Source: Botryllus schlosseri
Lineage: Eukaryota
DNA length: 64,000 bases
Direction of reading: 5' to 3'
NCBI GenBank assembly: GCA_051294905.1
Contig: CM119371.1
Location: 24,368,001-24,432,000, forward strand
Below are positions 14,853-26,800 of this stretch, one piece after another. Both the position numbers and the translations under genes were made by a program. The notes under the pieces are model-generated. The model saw only the letters and a list, made by a program, of their open reading frames with translations. It was not told the DNA's origin and did no database searches. Within the stretch, counting starts at the first letter, position 1, and each line of letters starts with the position of its first letter.

Positions 14853-17800
14853 GTTTGTTCGTTTATTTGGTTGGTGTATTCAAGATAGCGTAATGGTTAA
14901 GCGTCCGCCATCTTGATCGGTAGGTCGTGGGTTCGATTCCCGGCCGGGTCAGACCAAAGACCTGATTAGTAACACTAGCATCCATGGCTTCCCTGCTTGG
15001 CGCTCATGCATTACTGGGATAGCATGGATGGGTGGTGCATGACTTAGAAAGTCGTAAAGGCTATATATGCACTTCCTTGTCCAGCGGCATATGCACATCA
15101 CGCACTCATGGTATGGATATGCGCAGATCATGTGTATGTGTACCATGAGTCGGTGTATATGCCGCAAAAACATCAAGGACAAAAATAAACTACGTCCTTT
15201 CCTTTCCTATTCATGCGGATTGTCCGACTATTATGGACAATTACACGAAGTCGATTTTCTTCATTTTATTCCGTCGCTGCCGACTGATAGCACGACCCAC
15301 TTCTAGGCTATTTATAAGACACCGCTTTCGCGGCTGATATGACCAAGGCAAGCCTAGATAAACCGCTGACATTTCCGTTACAGTTTAGTTAAACTCAGTG
15401 ACACACGGTCAGACACTGGCGTGTGGTCGGGCACTGCCCCCTCTGACGTCAGGATGAGTAAAAGGAAATTGTTAAGACCTTTAATGAATGAAACACAAAC
15501 TATTATGTGCATTTCCTATCGATGTTCATCAATGACTAATTTTGAAGCATTTGTACAATCAAAGTCACGGAATTCACATATTTATAGTTCAATAACATAG
15601 CGCGAAAGAAGAAGTGAGGCGAAGACTGGTCAGGCCTCTCCTATGACAGCGCAACACCTCATAAACAGCTCAGAATTTGTAATACCTGATGATTTTAGAA
15701 TGCTATTGTCGCACTTATTCCGAAAATCTAAACAGTAATAACTTCAGAACACCAGAGCCCCCTGAAAATCACCAATGTATGTGAAATTAGGCATAGTTAC
15801 GATCCAATGCAGAGAAACAATGACCAAATGGCGCACATGTGGATTTGTCTCACTCACTGTTTTTTCTCGCGGCGTTGCTCGTCTTTGCACACGCGAAGGC
15901 TTAACGCAGAACTACTTAATATGCCCTAGTCCAGAGGTCTCAGACTCAAATGTCCTGGCGGGTCAATTCCCGAGTTTTTGATGACGTCATAGGCCGCAGC
16001 ATCAATATTAGGGATGTTTATTGTATAATTTCCAAGTAGGCCTTATTTGGCGGGTCTTTGCGGCCAGGCATTCCAGAAACATCGTGGAGATGTAACTTAC
16101 TATTTTATTATTCACGCTTGACACGGAAAAAATATTTGAATATTTAAATAAAACTGTTTTTGTGCCGGGCATGATTTTTTTAATTAATGAGTTATTGACA
16201 TCATACGTGAGGATGCATCATGACATCGTAAAACTGTTGGGTTATAATATTGCAGCCAGTGGAATTTTTAGGTGCCACAATTTTAAGCATATAATATTTT
16301 ATAATCTACTGAAGATTGATCTGATATCAGAGCAATTGAGCGGTACAGCCTAATCCTGGGTTTGATATATTCGTGATAAGTATAAGCTATGGTAACTGTC
16401 ATCGCCAAGAGATTGTTGTTTGTTGCGTCCGTTGGAGTACCAAGTCACCGTTCCGTGCTGCAAGTCCTCTGATTTTACCGTTTGGCCCGACTCAACTCGA
16501 CTCATTTTTATTTAATCACCCAGTCAATCCGAAATCGAGTATTTTTACGGGACGGTTGCATCAAACCAAAATCATAATTTTCAGTCACGAATCATCAACG
16601 GGTCATGTTTCGTCATCATGAACTAGAAATGTAACGTTATAGCTGATTTCTACCGCATGGTAGCTTTTGAAAGTGATGTGACAGTGCAGTTTTTTGAGAT
16701 TTCAGTGATGTTTATAGTAGTTTTATGGCGAAATGTAAGTTCCTATATCTAAAAAAGATATATGGCACTTGAAGTTATAGTTGAATACTTTAAATTCCAA
16801 AATGCTAAAATGCTCTCACGGGCGGCGGGTTTGATACCTCTGCCCTAGTCTCAACGAGGATATTGACTGCAAGAGAGCAGTGCGGCAGCGCAACTGATCA
16901 TGGAGACGCTAGTGTGAGTCCCTGTGAGTGAGAGTGTTATGTTCTTGGTAGGGGGCGGAAACCCTGCCGACTGGTATGAATGTCTAAGTGAAGAAATCCA
17001 ACTTTGCACGGATAAACGACTCAAGTAACTTGTAGCCGGTCGCATTATTCAGTTCACAAGAAGGAGCTCATGGTTTCGAAAAGGTTATTGCTGGGCCTGG
17101 TGTAGTATGAATCGTGGAGTCGGTGCGAATACATTTCCTTGCGGATATATCTGTTTTCCACTCTCCGTCTCGATTCATACCTATATCTTCAATTCTGGAT
17201 GGTATAGTACCTTCTTACGTAGCCTACGTGAGAAGAGTTCTGATGCGTTGAGAAAGAAGTCGATGATTAAATTACCCATAATCTTGGGTAGTATCTACTT
17301 TGGTAAATCCGACCGTAAAGGGACAGTGTCTTACCAACCATGAACCTCAGCGCACCTCAGTGGTTGTTGTTGTTGTTGTTTAATAAAATGAAAGATTTTA
17401 CGCTCATCACCTGTCGCACCAGAAATCAAATATGAAAAATATTATAGGAAGTATTTACCGTAGAAAAGTGGTTCTAGAACTTTTTAAGACATGCCCCTCC
17501 CCCCTTATGATGGTGAAAGATTTTGCGCCCCCTTATCGTCATATCACAAAACTTAACCAAACCTAACGAACAGTTTGGTGGCATGGGTGGTTACGACTAT
17601 TGATGAGAGGTTTTTAAATATGAAATTCATACAAAATATAGAGCAATAATTATGAACTGGAAGTAATTCGTGCGGAGCGCGAAAGATTTTTTCAGTTGAG
17701 CTCAGCTTCGCGATCCCCTTCAGATGCTTTCACGATCCCAAGGGGCACGCGTCCCCCAGATTGAGAACCAATGCCTTGGAATTATCATGGTGAAATATAC

Positions 17801-20800
17801 TAAAAAAAAGTTCAATCAGGTCCCTGCACTAAATCGATTTTTCGTACGCATTTTATCAATATTTTTAATAAGTTTCTTTAGACTTTCGCGGGCCGCACAG
17901 AACGTTGTTGCGGGCCACATGCGGCCCGGGGGCCATAGTTTGCCCACCCCTGCCCTATAGTGTGGGCTCAAAATCATTGTTTATTTGGGCGGGAGAGGGC
18001 TGAAATCATGTGCTTTCGGTCCCGGTTACACAACACAAAGTCACATGCTCCTGAACCGAATCGTGACCGTATCTGGTCTATGAGCAAAGCTTTGCTAGAG
18101 TGACGTCATGACTCACTTGGGAATCCACTACTGGGCGCTAATGAGTGTCCGGAATTTGGGTTGCTGAAATATGGTAACCCTGGCCTAGAACGTACATGCT
18201 TTGCGAGTATCGTACAAAAGCCAATATAGCTGAAACACGGTGATTACTGAAACAACCACGACACGTAAACACCAGATCATATAGAACAGAGATCCATATT
18301 GCAGCTGACGGTTCTGAAATCAAATCGGAACAAAAACAGCTGAGACTATAAGCACGTCAGTAACTCTAAAACATTTGAATGATTCACTTTATAATAGTTT
18401 ATTGTGAGTAAAATATATAATTCGTAGTAAACGATTCTGCATATGACTGTCTAAATTATTTGCTGAGTTTCTATGCTCTATAATTAAATTGAAGAAAACC
18501 GGGGAATATAAACGAGTCTGTCTTCCGCCATTAAACTATGTCAACAGGTCAATGCTCATACAGTACAGTCAATGTTATTTAATTGCACTATCACAGGCTA
18601 GGCTTGGCTTGTCTCCGACCTCTTTGTAAACGATTTTCAAAACAAGTCCTGCATTAAAGTCAAATGAGCCCTGACTATACAAATAATCGTGGAATGTGCT
18701 CATCATTATATTTTATTTCTCCGGAAACGGTCATGCACTGGATCCCTTACCTCGCTTGGCCCCACGTAGTTGCGTACTATAGTTCTTTCAAGCCGTTGAA
18801 TGATTGCTAGTAACTTTGTATGACATGTTACTCACACTCAGGACCGCGCAGAGTTACCTTGATAATAAACAGATATCACCCTCATTGCCCCTGTCATATC
18901 AATGAGTCGGTAAATTTTCTTGCCGCAATAGTTCCGAATTGAAGTCGACGTGCTGTGGGCCAACCCAAAATCCATTACACGAGCCATGATCAAATCAGTT
19001 AACTTCTTGATGTATTCTACTCACGACTGGCTTTGGAATCGAATCTATAATGTCGACCACTGAATCTAGCGATGTCAATATACGATCGACCTAATATAGG
19101 GTTATTATATTTTGTAAATCTGATTTTTCAGACTTAAATTACTGGAGTAAAATCCGGAACATAGTAATTTTATCCGACTACTCGGTTGGTTGACTAAAAA
19201 AGTCATCTCTCCGGCTCAGCTCCCAAAACAGCCGCAGGAGCGATACTTCCGCGCTAATTTACTGTATCTAAGTCGAATTTTACTCTGTATTCAAACAAAT
19301 TTCTCGAAAAAATAGGACATTCGGGCATATTCGGAGGACACTTTCAAAAAAGCCAAAAAATAGGACAAATCTATTTAAAAGCGGGACGTATTTTTCTTGT
19401 TTTAGTGCGATACCGAATTCATTACGTTGCATCGATGTTGATGCTGTTCCTGCACTGACCGATTACTTTAGTTTTTATTTTCGGGCAATGCCCATAGAAC
19501 GGTTTACGACTGTGTTTTTGTTTATATAGCATTCAAACAAAATGTGTCGATCCGACGCGATCATCTAATTTGTGAATATTTTCTTAGAAATGACATTTCT
19601 AGCAAAGACCAAACATCATCTTCGTAACGAAGTTGGAGAAATCAAAATGCCCGCTCGTCTCACAACAATGGTGATTGATATGCAGACTGCCAACGACGCC
19701 GATTTCAGAAATGCAGGTCATGGTGGTAGCCAAACTGTATTTGGTCGTGACGTTCAACCGATCTCTCATGTCCAATTTCATGATCCCATGAAAGGTAAAG
19801 CTCCCAGGCATGTTATGATACTCGGAGAAGCAGGGGCTGGAAAATCAACCATTTCAGGAATGTATTGCTTGGCAGTAGCTGATGGAAATGTTGAGACGCT
19901 TCGTAGTGTAGAACTTATTCATTACATCCAGGCAGCCCAACTTCATAACCATAGTGCTGCAAATGTCTTTGATCTCTTATTTACCGAACAAATGGCTTAT
20001 GATCCTATGACTGAATTGACTGTAAACGAGAGAAGTGCTGGAGCAAACTGGTTAAATGAGAATTCAGACAAGATATTACTGACAATTGACGGCCTTGATC
20101 AGTGCTTAGATAACATTGCTGTAAATACTCTCCAAAGTAACACCGAACAAACTAATTCGAGAGTCAGTAATATCATCGCTAGAATAATGGGCGGAAAAAT
20201 GTGGCATGGTGCACGCATATTGACCACGTCGCGGTGGAATATTTACTGGAACCTGACTGCCGAACAGAAACCAAACAAAGTAGTCGGCATGAGAGGATTT
20301 GACGACGAAAATCTTAGGTTGGCAGCACTTCGACACTCTGTTGACGGTGATATGATGATAGATCAACTCCTGAATACTTCACCTAAATTATTAAATTTAT
20401 GTAGAAATCCTATGTTTCTACAGTATACCACGAAAATATTCAAAACAAATTCCAAAAACTTGCCAGACTGCATTTCCGGCCTTATGTCAGCATTTTTTCG
20501 CAACCTGTTCCGTCTGTCCTCTGAAAAGTATGATGATATTACGAGACTCGCCTACCATGCAACATTGGACAATGTATTCGTGTTCTCGCGTCGTTACTTG
20601 GAAAACCTGGTAATCAACCCAAAAGATCTTACTGACTTCTTGTCTGCTGGAGCGAATCCGGAAAAAGATCAAGATATCGCCAACTCCTTTGACGATGTAT
20701 TTTCTTTCTCCCATCAAACGATGCAGGTTAGCGAAGTTGATTTATTTAGTTGTAACAAATCTAATTCATTAATCGTGCTTTTTAAGGTTAGCAACCAATA

Positions 20801-23800
20801 GACCTATTAGGGTAGGCATTTTCGAAAAAGAAGGACGGGTAGTTCCATTTCCAAATCATTTTGGGTGCATCAGGAAGAAGTTAGGCAGACGACTAACAAT
20901 TTTCCCATTAATATATGAAATAATAATACTCACTCTGATGTATACATATCGATGTCATAACTTTGTTTTGGGAAATTAGCGACAGCACTTATTATCAGCA
21001 ATCCCTCCAATGACCTAAGCCAAACAATCCTGTTCCAAAGCGTAAAAAACATGATTAGGCGTTATTCACTATCGGACAAAATGCACTCTCGAATTTCGAA
21101 AATAAAGCTTTACCAACTTGCATCCGATCAGCAATGAATTGGTCATCAATGTATATATACAGTATTCGCTATGCGTATTTTGACGACATGTGTTCAGGAA
21201 TTTTGCTGCGCGCTACATGTCCCGAATCTTGATCGAACGGACATGAAGAGATTTATTTCGAATCATTTGAACGAGAATGGAATGGAGTTAATGAGACAAC
21301 TTTTGTACGGATTGATTCTCAATGAGAAAGTCATGGAGTCAATGAAGAAATACCTGACGGGTAAGTTGATATATTCAATGCATCATAATAGGCATGTAGG
21401 CTACTGTTACCCATACTTTGTCTTATTTTTGTCCTGATAGCAGTGATGATGAAATGCACCACTCATATTCCAATATTTCTTGTGATGGGCATTAGCGGAT
21501 TGGTAGGATTCAATGATGTATCCTTATGATGATAAGACTTCCTGCAGCTTCCTAAATACTTGGAAATTATGTAGAATGCTGTTTTCAGCTGGTTAAAGGA
21601 AATTTATACTGCTACATTTGCAACTTTTGTCAATTGTTTCATGCAACGTTTTGCAACTTCTTCGATTTTTCATGAATTTTTTTTCGATTTTTCATGCAAC
21701 CAACTCTTTAATGGAAATATTTGGAAGTATATGTAAATAGATCACTTGATTCTGTCACTGTTTTTTGAGAATTTTGGTGAAATACACGACCAAATTCGAC
21801 TGAAATATCGTGAATCAGTAAATCAGCACTGAACTAACGCTCTAACGGGTATTTCGGGAGCTGAACCGGAAAGTTGACCTTATGGACAATGTGGATGGAA
21901 AACTGTATTTCGGAAGTGGAACTGGAAAGTTGACCATTTTTTTAGTCAAGCGACCAAAATGTGGTCGTCTAGTGCAACTTTTGTGATAAATTAAATGCAA
22001 CTTTTGTGAAAAACAAACGCAACTTTCCACGGATTTAACTGCAACAAAAACTTGCACTAGTAATGACTATTCAGTTCATTTCACATTATATGCGAATATA
22101 AATAATAAATGCCTAAATATTGTACGGCATCAGCAACCCTATCATAGGGACGAATTAAGTAAACTATGTTTTCGTTTTGAATTCGAACTGCGCTGCATTG
22201 TCGAGCGTTACTTTCATCAAAGAAGTATTAATAGTTTCCTGGCGTTGTATCGATCACAGGTCGCAGTACACCAATCGAGGAATGTCGTGAGATGATGTTC
22301 GAACAATTTCTTGACCTGGTAAAAGATGGCGCTATACTCGACATATCGACTGTACGTCTCCTGAGCGAGTGCGGAGACAATACTATTCAGAAAATGAAGG
22401 AACACGTTCAACGAATCAGAATCAATGCGGAAGACCTGTTGCACAGTGATCAACTCTTACTGACAATATTGATAAAACGGTTGTCACCCCTTGAAACAAC
22501 GTCCGTTCGGCAAATAACTCTTGATCCATCGATGATAACGTGCGTGAAAGATTGTCTCGGGTCTGTTGAAATATTCGAGGTAGCTCAAATATTAACGAAC
22601 TCACTTGTAGGCGTCGTAATTACTCAATGCCATCTGTTGCAAGGCTGGCTACGAGATCATGGATTCCGTGAAGGAAATTCATTTCGCTGATGTAATGACA
22701 ATCCTCAACCAATCGAAATTATTCTTCGTCCGCCTTCGGTGTAATGATGATGTGAAACTATTATTTCTCTCCAATTGGATACAAAGATCGGAGGTATCAC
22801 ATTTACATTTTTCGAAGTCAGCTACTTAATGGATCTTCGCCCCGATTCTATACTGGATATGCTTACATGATTTTCTAAATTTTAAGGGCGGAGATAATAA
22901 AGTTCGATAAGCAATAAAGTCGATTATCGCGTTCCCCGGGATTTAACAACCCAGGATTACCAAAAGCGCAGCGCATAAACTTAAAAATTGTTCTCGTGAT
23001 TTAGTAATCGGAACAAATTGCAGATAACTGCTTATCTATAAACAAACTGTACATTACTCGCAAATATTTCCGATAATGACCGTGACGATTGTCGCCTAGA
23101 GGTAATATGGCTTCACCCAACAATCAACCAATTATGCACGAACAGTTGTAGAACGATGTATCTATCATCTGTAATCCATTTCGTCGCTTTATACCGTATT
23201 GGTGCAAAAGATGTCATCGCATGCATCACTTGATTGTAACATCGGGATTCTCCTCACGCTTAACATTAAGAAACTTTATGCTTGCGGACCCTTTTAAAAT
23301 CGGATTCCGTATACGGATTCGGTCAATCGGTCAAGCGGTCACCTGGCTATATCTTTATTCGTGTACACGTCCTAGCGGCTTCATTTTGGTTTGTAGCGAA
23401 AGCTAGCAATATTCTCATTCATATGATACCAGGTTTATATGTATAAGTCGAATATTTATTCTAATACCAACGATTTTACACGAGACGGTCGGCCGAAAAT
23501 AGTTGAAATTATGACGCTACAGAATTCGTCTGCCAGCTTTATGTGTTAATTTCTTCATCGACATACGGCTATGTCCCAATCTGTGTATGTAGAGCACATG
23601 TCCCATGCAGAGATGCCACTGGGATATTTCGGAAAAACCCAGATGTGGACGCTAAATGAACCCAGAAAAACCCAGATCTTATATTTCACTCAAATTCCTA
23701 TGCGGAGGATGTGAAAATGGAAACTGACAGTCATATTGACATAGAACCAAGTTTTAGTCCTTGATATTGAGACTATAATAGTTCATACTATACGTTTTGC

Positions 23801-26800
23801 TCGGTTAACAATGCAAATATACAATATATATATTAGGGTTGTCCATAATTTGGAAAATCTCAAAAAATATGCGTATCCATTAGGGTTGTCCATAATTTGG
23901 AAAATCTCACAAATGCTGCGTATCCATTTCTCATTCTATAGATTATTGATAAAAAACGTCAATGAGCCTGCAATAAGGTCCCAGGAAAGTCGTTAAGGGG
24001 GTAAGGTACTGCTAGACTCACAAAATTTTCAAATTGCGATATTTCATGAACAGCTAATCCTGGATTCTCAAAAATTGGCATGTATACTATTTATACTCAA
24101 CTTCATACACTGTAAAAATTTTATCATTTTACAATAATTCCTTGGGCCCGAATTGGGGGGGAGATTGGCGAAGCGGACGGTTAGCACGGGGAAACGCCTG
24201 TCTCTTCGATGGTTGCCGCGAGATCCTTAACAATGCTTCATAAAGTGTCCTGAGGCCTCTAAGCACCTGCTGAAACGCTTGAAACTTCCGATTTTTCGGA
24301 AAATTTTACGAAATATGTGTTTGGTACTGGTACGGTGCCGAATTTTCGATTTTTTTTCTTCATAAAATTCAGATCATAAGTAGCAAAGTAAGTACACTAA
24401 AACTTTTATAGAAGAAACAATAGTTTCAGCAGGTAGAACAGTACTACTGCTTGTACTGAGCCAAGTTTGATCAGGATCGAAGGACTTCTGATATCAAAAT
24501 TCCCTGTCCCCGTGACACAATATTAACAAAAACTAGAAATAGGAGAAAATCAACTTTGAAAATTGAAAAATATTTTATTGAAAAAGTAGAGCAGTTATTT
24601 GAAATCTGTTGCTTTTAAATGGTACAGGCATGCTTTAATCAGTACATAACCAAATTTGAAGACAATTGAATGTGCCTAAATGCAAAATCAGTCATAAAAA
24701 GTATGAATGATTTGATGAGTTTTTACTCAAAACTACTATACCAGATTCGAAAAATTTACAAACCTTGAATTGGACATCAGTTAGATGTTGTAAAGATGAA
24801 ACAACATATCAAGAATACTGCGACATTGTCAAAATACCGATTTCAGGTGGTGTGAGGTGAGTGAAGAAACTACACCCATATTTCCCCCGTGATCTTTCAA
24901 ACATAGAGTTTTTAGCATCAATTTCATCATGACACTCCAATACTAATTAGAGTTGCATAACCCTTAGCATTCTGCATTTGCAAAGTCATGCACTTTACTC
25001 AATACTTGCAAGGTCCTTGAAGTCGGGTTTGACCGTTTGATACATTTTGGATGTCAGCGGATACTTGCGGATTGGATCGTAGCATCTTCAAGTTTTGCCT
25101 TCAAATAAAAGCACATCTTTTCATCAGAATTGCCGTGCATCGGTTCTTCTGGAGTTGAACTGTTTGGCATCAGTATTGCCCACACTTCCTCGAGGCTTCC
25201 TGTGCATCTGGTGCGCCATTTACGATGGGATTATGATAATATTGGCTACACTTTGGTGTTGATCTGGTGATGACAATGCTTTTTGCCTTCCTGTTCAACA
25301 TCTCTTTTGATGAGGTGAACCGACGAAAAGTTTCTTTCTTGCAGCACGACACTCCGATGCTAATCTCTGTGGCAAAGCCTTGCTGGATATTTTGCCAATA
25401 GCCCATGCCTGTTGAACCACAGTCAGGGCAAGTCACAATACACTGAATAACTGCATCATGCATGAATTGCTAGGATAAAGGTTTCCTCTGAATTCCATCC
25501 ACCACCATCAGACTTCAAAGCAGATAAAAGTTCCAAACTTTTCTCGAATGACTTTATCATAATATTTTCTCCTTCTCTGGTCAAATGCCTGTTTTGTTGT
25601 TATCTTTGTCCCACCCATTGTAAAATCACAACTAACTATCAGTTTTCTCACAATATTATCTTGATAAGTAAAATAATTCAAAAATCAGCCACTGACAACA
25701 GGATAGCTAATAACAGTGTCTTGTGAGTGCTTTACAGCTGCTTTGGCTGCCAGAGAATGTTATGATATTCATGCTTGAGTGATTACAGCTATGGCTCTTT
25801 ACAATAACTGTTTAAATTATAAGGATATGGTCTTTAGTGACAATTTTGAGCTGGTTAAAAATATGGGGGGGGGGTGTGGGTCTGGAATCTTTACGAAAAT
25901 GAGAGATTTTAAATGGACTTTTAATCTACTTATAGATTGAAATCATGCAAGATGATTACATTTTTGGAAAGAGCTAGTCTCATACTTTGTAATTCTGCAA
26001 TAAAAAAAAATTATGAAAAATTTTGATGATCTGGGAGTACCTTACCCCCTTAAGATTTGTCTAAATGCGTTTGAAAGTAGCTGCTGTAGAGTGGGCGTGC
26101 CAGCGACCATAGAACGGAGAGAAGACTAGAGTAGTATAGTAGATCTGTCGCATGTGGCTATTCGTTCTTATGGGCCCGCTGGTGACCTGCCGCGAAACTC
26201 GTGTTGGTGACCCCACCCTTTTGACCCCCCCTTCCGCTGGTGACCTGCCATGGGATCTCTGGTGACCCCACCCTTTCAGGTATAGGGTTCGCTCATGACC
26301 TGCCGTGAAAACTCGTATTGGTGACTCCACCCTTTTCGAGTCCCTATCGCTGATGACCTGCCGTATCGTCGGTGATACCACCCTATCAGTTATACGCTGT
26401 ATCGATGACCTGCCTGATAACGTTACGGGTATACAGATCTCTGGTGAAGTGGTGTTGAATATCAAGTATAGTAAACAGTGACGCCGTTACTTAGTATGTA
26501 TATTCAAAAATATTATATATGACCGATTCGAGTTATTCACAACGTTTTTCGGTGAGTGCAACAATGATATATCGTTATTCTTATGGGTGCGGCGATGATT
26601 CGTACTTTCGGGCATAGACCGCGGTGGCATGTTAACGTAGTTGATATAGACGCGACATGATAACGTTACAGGTATAGGGATCGCTCACACGAAGACACCG
26701 TAGTTCAGGCATGACAAATGACCGATCGTGTTCTAAGTCTTTTCTCGCTATTGATTCCTACGTAACCTGAATAATACTTTCAGATCGGATTATTCGCACC

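Noticed and set aside
14883..14950. Functional tRNA gene
   Set aside because: A/B boxes present but no acceptor stem or poly-T terminator; continues into a SINE-like body.
19572..20801. Stand-alone 409-aa NTPase with GTG start
   Set aside because: Splice sites and phases place it as an internal exon (19588-20726).
26178..26450. CRISPR-like repeat/spacer pattern
   Set aside because: Repeats are degenerate, linkers resemble each other, no cas genes, eukaryotic context.
26061..26465. 134-aa ORF
   Set aside because: Crosses the hAT/Polinton junction and translates the terminal repeats.
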